Positions 18,945 to 27,360 of a stretch of DNA of 64,000 nt are shown here, piece after piece. The number at the start of each line of letters is the position of its first letter. Positions within the stretch are counted from its first letter, which is position 1. The DNA lies in the NCBI GenBank assembly GCA_041650915.1, contig JBAZKE010000001.1, forward strand, positions 315,284 to 379,283, written 5' to 3'. Source of the stretch: Patescibacteria group bacterium. Lineage in GTDB: Bacteria; Patescibacteriota; Patescibacteriia; UBA10025; JAHIVO01. The position numbers were made by a program, and so were the translations under genes. Under the pieces are notes generated by a model, which was not told the origin of the DNA, ran no database searches, and saw nothing but the letters and a program-made list of their open reading frames with translations.

Positions 18945-19631
18945 ATGAGCGAACGTGAACATCCATTGAATGATGCTGAAGCGCCGGTGGACGGATTTGG
19001 CCTCACGAAAGAGCGCCGCATGGAAACCATCGGTACAAACGTTGACCTGATCCTGCGCCGGTGCCAGAGGACAGGAGTGCAGCCGCGGGATATGATGCTG
19101 CGCGCCTGTAAGGGCCGACAGGAGTTGAACGAGCGCTTTGGCGGCCTTGCGGACCAGCTGCATGAACGAATGACGGCGCTTCCTGATTTTGATCTGGACG
19201 ATCCGGACGGGCGTAGCCAGGCGGCTGCCGCTCTGCAGGAAATGTACGAAGAAATTATCAGCCAGCAATTTAATGATCCTGATGGGCCAATAGTAGAGCA
19301 GCACCGACGGGATATTGAGTCACGGAAGCAGTGGCAACAGGCGGGTCTGTTCTCGTATGAGCTCGGGGAACAGCACGAGCTGGTACTGCACGTCCCGCCC
19401 ATGACCGAAGCGCCCGGACCGCAGCAGCTGAAGGATTCCCTAGGCGAGCTTGCCGCGGTGATCGATGCTGATCCCGGGATAACGGAAGTGGTTGGCAGTT
19501 CGCTGTTGCTTGAGCATCCGATAGCAAAGCGGTTTGGGTTTACGATTGACGAGGAATCTGACGAGGGATTTAATCCTAATTTCCGCATGCCGCGCGACGA
19601 GTTCCTTACGCGGTTTGGGAAAGGCACATAA
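18945..19631 (+). CDS. Hypothetical cytoplasmic protein
   Basis: 228 aa, acidic. Followed by an intrinsic terminator. Confidence 0.5.
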   Translation: MSEREHPLNDAEAPVDGFGLTKERRMETIGTNVDLILRRCQRTGVQPRDMMLRACKGRQELNERFGGLADQLHERMTALPDFDLDDPDGRSQAAAALQEMYEEIISQQFNDPDGPIVEQHRRDIESRKQWQQAGLFSYELGEQHELVLHVPPMTEAPGPQQLKDSLGELAAVIDADPGITEVVGSSLLLEHPIAKRFGFTIDEESDEGFNPNFRMPRDEFLTRFGKGT

Positions 19632-19687
19632 TCGATAAGCTGGTGTATCCGGCATTTGGGCGGTTGTAGCGGGAATTTTTGTAATAT

Positions 19688-19723
19688 AAAAAAACGGCTC
19701 CGTTGGTGGCTGGAGCCGTTTCT
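19688..19723. terminator. Intrinsic terminator (bidirectional)
   Basis: aaaaaaaCGGCTCCg-ttggtggc-tGGAGCCGtttct. Confidence 0.65.
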
Positions 19724-19771
19724 GGGCAAATCCGTCAGGGACGATTTTCAAAACGGGAGCTTCGTTTTCGG

Positions 19772-20143
19772 TCATTCCAGTACGCGGAAGGACCCGACTT
19801 TGAGATTGTAACATAACTTAGGATTCAACATGCGGCCGTCTTCAGCGGGTTCGACCGATTCAATCTCGGTATCGCTGATTTCGACCCAAAAGGGCTGATG
19901 CCGCTCTTCCATTTTCTGGAAAAAAGCGAGTGCTTGTTTCCACGTTTTGATGGATGAGCCGCCGGTGAACTGCGTTTTTTCGAATGAGCTATCGCTCACT
20001 GTCAATTCAATCCGCCGGGCGTTGGGCAGTATGGCTATACTGCAGTCGGGATCGACGAGCAGGTCGACCACCGTCATTTTGCCGAGTGTTTGGTTATGGA
20101 TTGAGCTTACAAACACCTTGATCGGCAACTGATTGATCTTCAT
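19772..20143 (-). CDS. Hypothetical protein
   Basis: 123 aa ORF with a 200-nt AT-rich divergent promoter region upstream. Confidence 0.45.
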   Translation of the reverse strand: MKINQLPIKVFVSSIHNQTLGKMTVVDLLVDPDCSIAILPNARRIELTVSDSSFEKTQFTGGSSIKTWKQALAFFQKMEERHQPFWVEISDTEIESVEPAEDGRMLNPKLCYNLKVGSFRVLE

Positions 20144-20349
20144 TCTCGCGCACCTCCTGTATAATTATGCATTCCAATGTACAAAATATAACCTTTGAGT
20201 GTACACCGCTTTGGGAATTTTGTCAATACCCGGCATTTCATATATTTTTAATCCGCTGAATTTTAAATATCCAAATCCACGTTTTGATATTTTTAAGGAT
20301 TGTTAGTATAGTTAAAATTGTTTAATACATTAGCATTAATAAACAATCT

Positions 20350-20562
20350 ATGCCAAATGCCACACTCGCCGACCGCATCAAAGGCGGCGTTGTTTTTGAG
20401 GAAAAATTCATTGAAGTCCTGGCGGCTGATATCGCCAATACGGAGGAGTTTACCGGCCTTGACCAGGCCAAGAAAGGCCAGATCCTCCCTTTGCTGCAGG
20501 TCATGCGGGATGATTCTATCCGCCACCGGAAGATATTAGAAAAAATCGCTGAAAAATACTAA
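20350..20562 (+). CDS. Small helical-hairpin protein with a ferritin-like E...DDxxH pattern (half-ferritin-like), first of a coupled pair
   Basis: 70 aa with FEEKFIEVL ... MRDDSIRHRKILEKI. Its stop lies 1 nt from the next ATG. Confidence 0.4.
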   Translation: MPNATLADRIKGGVVFEEKFIEVLAADIANTEEFTGLDQAKKGQILPLLQVMRDDSIRHRKILEKIAEKY

Positions 20563-20563
20563 T

Positions 20564-20761
20564 ATGAACAATTCCATTGATTCCCTAATCCGCCAGATCG
20601 AGGAGCTGAAATCCATGGAGGATGCGGCGTACCATCTCTACGGCACGATCCTGCCTGACATTTCCGATCCCCAGGACCGGGCCGCTGTTCAGCGGGTCCA
20701 GATCGAGGAAGAGAAGCATTCCAAAATGGCCGCGCGCATACTCACCATTTTGCGGTCATAA
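20564..20761 (+). CDS. Small helical-hairpin protein with a ferritin-like E...EExxH pattern, second of the pair
   Basis: 65 aa with SMEDAAYHLYG ... VQIEEEKHSKMAARIL. Confidence 0.4.
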   Translation: MNNSIDSLIRQIEELKSMEDAAYHLYGTILPDISDPQDRAAVQRVQIEEEKHSKMAARILTILRS

Positions 20762-20850
20762 GCATTTATTATTCAGACAAAGCCTCGGGCGCACAGCCCG
20801 GGGTTTATTGTGATTGATTTCCCGCTTATTTCAGCGTACGATGGTAGCAT

Positions 20851-21330
20851 ATGCGTAAAGCCATTTTCTACTTCTCCAAATGGGGCGCCACCAAACAGTA
20901 CGCCGACTGGATCGCCGAAGCGGTCCCCGGCACTGACGTCATTGACGCGATCAACGGTAAACCCGATCCGTCCCCGTACGGCGCGATAATTATTGCCACC
21001 CGGGCGTATATGGGCCGTATCGCCGCAGCGTCGTACCTTGCGCGTAACAGGGAAACGCTGAAAAGCAAGAAGGTATACTTGCTGGTTGTCGGCATGTCGC
21101 CGCAAGATGCGGATGACAGCAAAATGCAATACAACAGTATTCCCGTGGAGATCCGCAATGCACTCCAGGGATATGCCAAAGTTCCGGGCGCCATTGATCT
21201 GGACAAGCTCGGCTTCATCGTAAAGAAGATGTTCAAGATGTTTTCAAAAGGCGCGCCTAAGAGCGAAAATCAGGCGGCAAAGGAGCACATCGCGCCGGTG
21301 ATTGAGTGGCTGAAAAAAATTATAAATTAA
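20851..21330 (+). CDS. Flavodoxin-family protein
   Basis: N-terminal MRKAIFYFSKWGATKQYADWIAE (flavodoxin-like FMN loop) and a short alpha/beta fold (YLLVVGMSPQD). 159 aa. Confidence 0.5.
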   Translation: MRKAIFYFSKWGATKQYADWIAEAVPGTDVIDAINGKPDPSPYGAIIIATRAYMGRIAAASYLARNRETLKSKKVYLLVVGMSPQDADDSKMQYNSIPVEIRNALQGYAKVPGAIDLDKLGFIVKKMFKMFSKGAPKSENQAAKEHIAPVIEWLKKIIN

Positions 21331-21340
21331 CTCTATTACT

Positions 21341-21517
21341 ATGAAGAGATTTGAATACAAAATTGAACCTGGCAGCAGTAGAGGTCATGATGATACTCCA
21401 TTCTTAAATACTAATGGCAAGGAGGGCTGGGAGTTAGTTTCGGTATCAATAGAAAAAGGTGAGGGGTTAGGCGCAAAACGAAGAATGTATTTTTTTAAGC
21501 GGCAAATTGAAGAGTAA
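21341..21517 (+). CDS. DUF4177-family small protein (58 aa; below the ORF-track cutoff)
   Basis: Hand translation gives MKRFEYKIEP...NTNGKEGWELVSVSIEKGEGLGAKRRMYFFKRQIEE, matching the DUF4177 pattern (EYK...GxEGWELV...FKR). First gene of the low-GC island. Confidence 0.55.
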   Translation: MKRFEYKIEPGSSRGHDDTPFLNTNGKEGWELVSVSIEKGEGLGAKRRMYFFKRQIEE

Positions 21518-21628
21518 ATATAAGGTAAAATCTGACATCCAGCCGATTGTGGATTTTATAAGGGGGAAGGGGGATTAGTGGGGTGTAAATCGGCATTGAT
21601 TTTCTTAGAAAAAGGGGGTATAATTAAC

Positions 21629-21657
21629 TTGACATTGCCTAAAAAACAGAGTAACTT
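21629..21657 (+). promoter_or_regulatory. Putative promoter for the Panacea-domain gene
   Basis: TTGACA (21629-21634), 17-nt spacer, TAACTT. A TATAAT also lies at 21619-21624. Confidence 0.3.
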
Positions 21658-21677
21658 CAGCTGTTAATGTACCAGGT

Positions 21678-22277
21678 ATGTGGATAAAAGTAGGCAATTA
21701 TAAAAAAGAAGACATCCAAAAGCTTAAAGAGCTTTTAGTTTTTATTGTTGAAAAATACGAAGCTGATATATTAACCGAAACAAAGCTTTGGAAATTAGCA
21801 TATTTTTGTGAATCAAATTTTTATTTTAAAAATCATCGCACGATTACAGGAATTAATTATTATAAAAATAAATTTGGACCAACCCCTGATTATAAAGTGA
21901 TAAGCAGTATTATGGAGGAAATTGATGGTACGTATATTCAACGAAAAGAAGCGGCAAGACTAGGGGGTGGTAGGATGATTCTTTATTCAAAACTTAGTGA
22001 TTACCCGATAAAAAAATTATCAGGCGAAGAGCAAAGGGAGATTCTCGATACATGTGCAAAGTACTCGAAATTAAATACAAATGAAATCATGATACTCGCT
22101 CACAAGGATCCCCCTTATCTGGGCGCAGATGATGATGAAAAGATAAACTTTGATTTTGTTTTACATCGTGATGATTTAATTGATAACGAAGAATGCGAGA
22201 TTAATACGGATTCTGAAATTTTAGTTTCCGGAGAGGCCGCAAAGAAGCTCCTTGATTATGCAAAGTCAAAAGTATAA
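21678..22277 (+). CDS. Panacea (DUF4065, SocA-like) domain protein, a putative type II antitoxin (PanA-like)
   Basis: TKLWKLAYFCE...NKFGPTPDYKV...LSGEEQREIL...AHKDPPYL fits the Panacea core (KLQKLLYF...GP...SHxExPW). Low-GC gene overlapping the next ORF by 26 nt. Confidence 0.6.
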   Translation: MWIKVGNYKKEDIQKLKELLVFIVEKYEADILTETKLWKLAYFCESNFYFKNHRTITGINYYKNKFGPTPDYKVISSIMEEIDGTYIQRKEAARLGGGRMILYSKLSDYPIKKLSGEEQREILDTCAKYSKLNTNEIMILAHKDPPYLGADDDEKINFDFVLHRDDLIDNEECEINTDSEILVSGEAAKKLLDYAKSKV

Positions 22278-22686
22278 TGTTGCTGGAAACCAATATATAA
22301 AACGTGACTTAAAGCGTTTAAAAAAATTCAAATCACTTGAGAAGGACATTCAAGATAAGATAAAAATAATTATTGGAGGACTGCAGGATCATCAGGCTAG
22401 TTTTAGTAGTTTTCCATTTTCAGTTTTCATCACTAAAGCAAGCTTAAACGGAAAAGAGATCTGGTTCTATAAAGCCAGAATTGGCATTACTTCATGTCGT
22501 CTATCAGCCAGTAATGGTTGTCGTTTAATATTTGGTTATATTCCGGCGGATTATATATTTGTTCCGATATTGGTATATTCTGCTTCAGACGAAGGGACTG
22601 CTTACAATATTAACAAAAAGCAAATACCATTGAAGCATGAAGGATTAAAAAAAATCATTACTGAGAAATTACAATCGGAGTTTTGA
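22252..22686 (+). CDS. Candidate toxin partner of the Panacea antitoxin; unknown family with a weak RelE/ParE-fold-like pattern
   Basis: 144 aa. Overlaps the antitoxin gene in the canonical TA arrangement. ...IQDKIKIIIGGLQDH...EIWFYKARIGITSCRLSASNGCRLIFGYIP..YIFVPILVY resembles RelE/ParE strand topology. Confidence 0.4.
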   Translation: MIMQSQKYNVAGNQYIKRDLKRLKKFKSLEKDIQDKIKIIIGGLQDHQASFSSFPFSVFITKASLNGKEIWFYKARIGITSCRLSASNGCRLIFGYIPADYIFVPILVYSASDEGTAYNINKKQIPLKHEGLKKIITEKLQSEF

Positions 22687-22772
22687 TCCCCCCACCCCCG
22701 ACTGCGCATCCGTCTGATTGACAGAGGGTACATTCAGGATTAGATTATAGATACAAATCTTCCCCATAACCA

Positions 22773-23090
22773 ATGGGGATTTTATGTATGTATTACGTCT
22801 ACATTTTAGCGACTAAGTACAACAAGATGCTGTACGTCGGCGTTACCGGCAACCTAGAAGGCAGGGTGCGCCAACACAAGCGTAAGGAAGTGCCTGGCTT
22901 CACTCAAAAGTACAACATAACGAAGCTTGTTTACTATGAGGAGTACCAGTATGTACTTGACGCGATTTACCGGGAAAAGCAGATTAAGGGGTGGCTGCGG
23001 AAGAAAAAAGATATGTTGATTACGAATTTCAATCCTGGATGGAATGATCTGAGTAAGGGATGGTATAACGATTTTCCTTTGTCATCCTGA
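22773..23090 (+). CDS. Small GIY-YIG nuclease-family protein (copy 1)
   Basis: MYYVYILATKYNKMLYVGVTGNLEGRVRQHK... has the GIY...YIG and R..H motifs. About 70% identical to the copy at 39989. Confidence 0.85.
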   Translation: MGILCMYYVYILATKYNKMLYVGVTGNLEGRVRQHKRKEVPGFTQKYNITKLVYYEEYQYVLDAIYREKQIKGWLRKKKDMLITNFNPGWNDLSKGWYNDFPLSS

Positions 23091-23205
23091 GTCTATTTGT
23101 TTCTTGTCATCCTGAGCGTAAGCGAAGGATATAATCATATCCTTCGGTCGTATGACTCCCTCAGGATGACAAGGGTAGGTAAAACCCGGGATGACAAACG
23201 AGGGG
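23079..23205. repeat. GIY-YIG-associated hairpin/repeat cluster (GTCATCCTGAG motif in 3 copies)
   Basis: ttgtcatcctgag at 23079 and 23103, with the inverse ctcaggatgacaag at 23160. Nested inner hairpin cgaaggatat/atatccttcg. cgggatgacaaacg is the inverse of cgtttgtcatcccg, which is seen at the second GIY-YIG copy. Confidence 0.75.
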
Positions 23206-23366
23206 AGGACTTGGGGGGTTCAAACATAGGGCGCGGGAGGGATTGGCGTTGTTCGAGGACGAGCAAGAGCGGCATTGCCGAAACCATGCCGTAAAATGCC
23301 ATACGAATTTTTCGGACTCGCTACACACCAATAGCTTGTTTTTACTGTTGAACAGGCGTAAAATAT

Positions 23367-24299
23367 ATGCATAAGCAGCACAACACGATGAAAAAACCAC
23401 TCGCCATAATAGGTATCCTAGCCGTTGTTTGTATCGGCGGATATTTTATTTACGACCAGTTGAGCGGCGGTACGGATACCCAGCAAACGAGCGTTCCAAG
23501 CGATAAGAGTGATGGCAATAGTTCCGGCGAAAGCATCAATACGAATTCCAATGCGAATGTGGGCGCTGATTCAGCTGCTATATCCGGCAGCGGCCATAAC
23601 ATCATTTTCCTGCACCACAGCACGGGCGCGAACGTCTGGGCCGGCGGGGTATCGGAATGGTTCGACGACTATAACGCGGAACACGGCACGAGCTACCGGA
23701 TAACCGACCGGGAGTTCCCGAAAGATTCCCCGTACGGCTGGGAAAACTATCCGTACGACTACTGGAACATCTGGGTCAGCCATGCCGGCGAAAGCGAATA
23801 CCTAGAGGAGCCGACGCTGGAGATTTTAACGGGCGAGTACGATACGATCGTTTGGAAGCACTGTTTTCCGGTGAGCGATATCGGGCCGGATACCGGAAGC
23901 CCGAGCGCCAGCTCACCCGACAAGACGGTCGGGAACTACAAGCTGCAGTACGCCGCCCTGAAAGATAAAATGCTGGAGTTCCCTGAAAATACATTCATCG
24001 TCTGGACGGGCGCGGCGCAGGTGCAGGAAGCGACTAGTGCCGATTCTGCGGAACGGGCACGGGAATTTTTTACCTGGGTGGCCGATACTTGGGATGAGCC
24101 CGGTGACAACATTTTTATCTGGGATTTTTACAGCCTGGAAACGGAAGGCAGCCTGTATGTACAGGGCGGCTATTCCGCGGGCCCGGGCGATTCTCATCCC
24201 AGTTCCGGTTTTTCACAAACGGTAGCACCGCTGTTTGGACGGAGAATTACCAGTGTCATAGAAGGAAACGGGGATAGCAGCAGCATAACCGGAGCGTGA
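23367..24299 (+). CDS. Membrane-anchored secreted hypothetical protein
   Basis: TM LAIIGILAVVCIGGYFIY followed by a Ser/Asn-rich linker and a 250-aa domain (IIFLHHSTG...). Lies upstream of the ABC-2 transporter. Confidence 0.5.
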   Translation: MHKQHNTMKKPLAIIGILAVVCIGGYFIYDQLSGGTDTQQTSVPSDKSDGNSSGESINTNSNANVGADSAAISGSGHNIIFLHHSTGANVWAGGVSEWFDDYNAEHGTSYRITDREFPKDSPYGWENYPYDYWNIWVSHAGESEYLEEPTLEILTGEYDTIVWKHCFPVSDIGPDTGSPSASSPDKTVGNYKLQYAALKDKMLEFPENTFIVWTGAAQVQEATSADSAERAREFFTWVADTWDEPGDNIFIWDFYSLETEGSLYVQGGYSAGPGDSHPSSGFSQTVAPLFGRRITSVIEGNGDSSSITGA

Positions 24300-24413
24300 G
24301 CCTTGCTCAGGAGCTGCCGGTTGGAAGTTGTAACCGGGCAGCATGGTTTTTTAAAAAAAAGTAGGGTTGGGAGCTCGATACGAATAGTGTTTCAATTTTT
24401 TTTAAAGGAATCA

Positions 24414-25274
24414 ATGTCAAACGCAATTTCAGTCAGCAAGCTTTCAAAAGATTACGGCGCGGTCCACGCGCTGGAGGGGGTGAGCCTGGATATTCCCGTT
24501 GGCCGCATTACCGGCCTGGTCGGCCCGAACGGCGCCGGGAAAACGACGTTTATCAAGGCGCTTGTCGGCGCGTTGCAACCAACCGCCGGGGCTGTTCAGG
24601 TTCTTGGCATGGACCCGATCAAGGAACGCTGGATGCTCAGGAAGAAAATCGGGTACATGCCCCAGGAGCCGGCGCTGTATACCGACCTGTCTGCCAGGGA
24701 AAACGTTGTGTTCTATGCCCACGTTCACCGTGCGAAGAACGCCCGCAGCCGGGCCGATACGCTGCTAGGTGAATTGGATCTTGGCGACCGGCTCGACAGC
24801 CCCGTCCATACGCTGTCCGGCGGCATGCAAAAGCGCGTGTCATTGGCGTGCGCGCTGGCCCACGATCCGGAGCTCTTGATACTCGATGAGCCTACTGCCG
24901 CGCTCGACCCGCTACTCAAGCGGCATTTATGGGCGCGGTTTAAGCAGCTGGCGCATGCGGGAAAAACACTCTTAGTCAGCACGCACCTCATCGACGAAGC
25001 CATGCTCTGTGATACCGTGATCCTGCTTCGGAGCGGGCGCGTCGTTGCCATTGATGCGCCACGCTCGCTCGTCGCTTCCGGCACCGCAACCGTCCGTTTT
25101 CGCGCTTCTGGGCGCGAATGGTCGGAAACCGTTTCTGCTGGCGGGGCAGCCATCGCGGCAGCGCTGCGCAAGCACGGGCTGTCGGATGAGATTACGGGCT
25201 TGGAGGTTGAGGCCGAGAATCTCGAGGACGTCATGGTCGCGAAGCTTGAACAGCAAGGGAAGGGAAAACTATGA
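24414..25274 (+). CDS. ABC transporter ATP-binding protein (ABC-2/drug-exporter type); start trimmed to the ATG at 24414
   Basis: GPNGAGKTT Walker A, LSGGMQKRVSLACAL signature, LILDEPT Walker B. AAAGGA SD precedes the ATG at 24414. Confidence 0.85.
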   Translation: MSNAISVSKLSKDYGAVHALEGVSLDIPVGRITGLVGPNGAGKTTFIKALVGALQPTAGAVQVLGMDPIKERWMLRKKIGYMPQEPALYTDLSARENVVFYAHVHRAKNARSRADTLLGELDLGDRLDSPVHTLSGGMQKRVSLACALAHDPELLILDEPTAALDPLLKRHLWARFKQLAHAGKTLLVSTHLIDEAMLCDTVILLRSGRVVAIDAPRSLVASGTATVRFRASGREWSETVSAGGAAIAAALRKHGLSDEITGLEVEAENLEDVMVAKLEQQGKGKL

Positions 25275-26005
25275 ACATACTGATTGTCGCTCTGCGCGTA
25301 CTGCAGCAGCTCCGGCGCGACCGGCGGTTCCTGGCGCTCATGATTATCGTGCCCCTGCTCGTCGGCTACTTCCTGAAATTATTTTTTGACACACTGCCGC
25401 CGGCCGTGTCGCGGGAGGCGTTTGTCGTGCCGTTTACCCCTTACATCGTGTATTTTCTTACGTTCCTCCTGAGCGCGATCCTGCTGGTACAGGAGCGAAC
25501 GACCGGCACCCTGAACCGCATGCTCATCAACGGGCTCCATAAGACCGACATCATCATCGGGTACGTCGTGGGGTATCTCGCGTTGGCGCTCATACAGGCA
25601 AGTTTCGTGCTTGCGGAAATCGTCTGGCTCTTCGAGCTTGACTACAGCTGGCAGGCGATCCTGGCGCTTGCGGGGCTGCTGTTCCTGCTGGCAATCGTGT
25701 CAGTGCTGTTGGGGATATTCATTTCGACGTTTGCACGCCGTGAAGCGCAGGTGTTTCCGTTTATTCCGCTGCTGGTAGTATTACCCGCCTTTTTATCCGG
25801 CTTGCTTGCCGACACATCGCTCTTGCCGTCATGGGCTGAAATCCTCGGGCATGCGTTTCCTATCCGGTACGCGATCATTGCCGCGAAAGCTGCGATTGTT
25901 ACTGGATTCGATGCGGTAGCGTACTGGCAAAATATCGGGTACCTCGGGCTGTTCGGCGTCGGGCTTACGGTACTTGGATCATTTACCTTCAGGGAAAGGG
26001 AATAA
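25271..26005 (+). CDS. ABC-2 type transporter permease
   Basis: Six TM segments over 244 aa. Start overlaps the ATPase stop (ATGA). Confidence 0.75.
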   Translation: MNILIVALRVLQQLRRDRRFLALMIIVPLLVGYFLKLFFDTLPPAVSREAFVVPFTPYIVYFLTFLLSAILLVQERTTGTLNRMLINGLHKTDIIIGYVVGYLALALIQASFVLAEIVWLFELDYSWQAILALAGLLFLLAIVSVLLGIFISTFARREAQVFPFIPLLVVLPAFLSGLLADTSLLPSWAEILGHAFPIRYAIIAAKAAIVTGFDAVAYWQNIGYLGLFGVGLTVLGSFTFRERE

Positions 26006-26048
26006 AAACTTCCAACGAGCGTGCAATTCATTTCGTAACAATATCACG

Positions 26049-26534
26049 ATGGAAAACTACAACCCCACAACCGACTGCTGTCCGCGATTTGACCCCGCAC
26101 CGTGGGACGGGAAAACGTTCGAGTGGCAGGCAAAGAAATTCATCAAGGACAAGGTATTCACCATGTTCAATATTCCGATGAATTTCGGGCAGGTAGTGAA
26201 GCGGATGAACGCGAAAATTGACGCATCGGGCGCGAAGGCGCTTGACTGGATGTCGCTTTCTGACCACACCTCGAAATGGAACATGGACCTGTACATTGCC
26301 GTAGATAAGGAAATTCCGGGTGCGGAAAATGCCACCTTGAGCGGCAAGCATTTGAGCAAAGTGTACGAGGGAGATTTCAGGGACACCAGCAAGTGGTGCG
26401 ATGATTTCAAAGAATACGCAAAACAGCAGGGGTATGGTGAAATCAAGAAATGGTACATGTGGTACACGACCTGCCCGAAGTGCGCCAAGAAGTACGGGAA
26501 GAATTACGTCGTGATAATTGCTAAGATAAATTAA
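26049..26534 (+). CDS. Hypothetical cytoplasmic protein (start chosen at the ATG at 26049)
   Basis: 161 aa, Trp/Lys-rich (KWYMWYTTCPKCAKKYG). Confidence 0.4.
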   Translation: MENYNPTTDCCPRFDPAPWDGKTFEWQAKKFIKDKVFTMFNIPMNFGQVVKRMNAKIDASGAKALDWMSLSDHTSKWNMDLYIAVDKEIPGAENATLSGKHLSKVYEGDFRDTSKWCDDFKEYAKQQGYGEIKKWYMWYTTCPKCAKKYGKNYVVIIAKIN

Positions 26535-26538
26535 ACGT

Positions 26539-26721
26539 ATGATGGACGTCAACGTTACAAAGCGCGGCGGAGAAGCGGTGTACGGCCTCGGGTTCATCGG
26601 CGCGGCGATATACTACATATCCGTGGCAACGGGTTTCTGGGTAGGCGTGCTCGGATTCCTGAAAGCGATTGTGTGGCCGGTATTTTTCGTGTATGGGGCG
26701 CTGAAATTCTTTGCGGGTTAA
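26539..26721 (+). CDS. Small two-TM membrane protein
   Basis: 60 aa, hydrophobic. Confidence 0.4.
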   Translation: MMDVNVTKRGGEAVYGLGFIGAAIYYISVATGFWVGVLGFLKAIVWPVFFVYGALKFFAG

Positions 26722-26876
26722 TTTCATGAACTCCATCACACTCTTGGGAAGGTTATATGTAGAAAGTTGAAAGAAGGAAGTATGGTTATAAGTTAAAAAG
26801 TCTTAAGTTTTTAAAATCTATAACTTTCAACTTACTTCATGACCTATTTCTTTAAACATTAAACTTAAAACTCCCA

Positions 26877-27320
26877 ATGAATTCAATTACCTTACAAGGA
26901 ACGTGGATCATCAAAGCGCCTCGGGACAAGGTGTATGCCATCATGTCCGATTTTGAGAATATGCCGAAATACTTCCCCAAGGTGGCGAAGTCACTGAAGA
27001 TCATCAAGCGCGACGGGAACCATTTGACCATCGACGGCACGGCCAAGACGTGGGGCAAAACCCTCACCGTGCGCATGGAAACCGAGCTGAAGCCGCCGTA
27101 CGGGTTCATTTCGGACAACAAAAGCGCCATCGGCACCCAGGGACACGAGGAATTCATGATGGAAGAAATTCCCGAGGGGACGCGTATCAATTACCTATAC
27201 CAGGTGGAGATCAAGAATGCGTTCTTGCGCGCCTTCGCGAAACCATTGATCGGCTGGTACGCCATGCGGCATTGGGAAAAAGCGGTGGTCGATGTGCTCA
27301 GGAAGATGCTGGAGAAATAA
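26877..27320 (+). CDS. SRPBCC-family protein (polyketide cyclase/dehydrase-like, START/Bet v1 fold)
   Basis: N-terminal GTWIIKAPRDKVYAIMSDFENMPKYFP is typical of SRPBCC ligand-binding proteins. Confidence 0.6.
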   Translation: MNSITLQGTWIIKAPRDKVYAIMSDFENMPKYFPKVAKSLKIIKRDGNHLTIDGTAKTWGKTLTVRMETELKPPYGFISDNKSAIGTQGHEEFMMEEIPEGTRINYLYQVEIKNAFLRAFAKPLIGWYAMRHWEKAVVDVLRKMLEK

Positions 27321-27360
27321 TAAAAACAACGCCCCACGGTTGGTGTGCCGTAAGGCGTTT

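Noticed and set aside
23195-23230. tRNA-like T-loop look-alike (GGGGGTTCAAAC). Similar GTTCAAA at 31296
   Set aside because: No complementary stem, acceptor arm or anticodon arm can be built. No tRNA in this window.
24303-24413. Upstream extension of the ABC ATPase ORF (and likewise 25974-26048, 36792-36905, 41607-41777, 42504-42587, 52511-52549, 54152-54184, 56204-56230, 60798-60878)
   Set aside because: Conserved N-termini (MSNAIS..., MSTFDAL..., MEDEIKK..., MRKKSK..., MRNYLDLM..., MNRYEPVIG...) begin at internal ATG or GTG codons that are preceded by SD or -10 elements. The extensions overlap upstream genes or promoters, and several use TTG.
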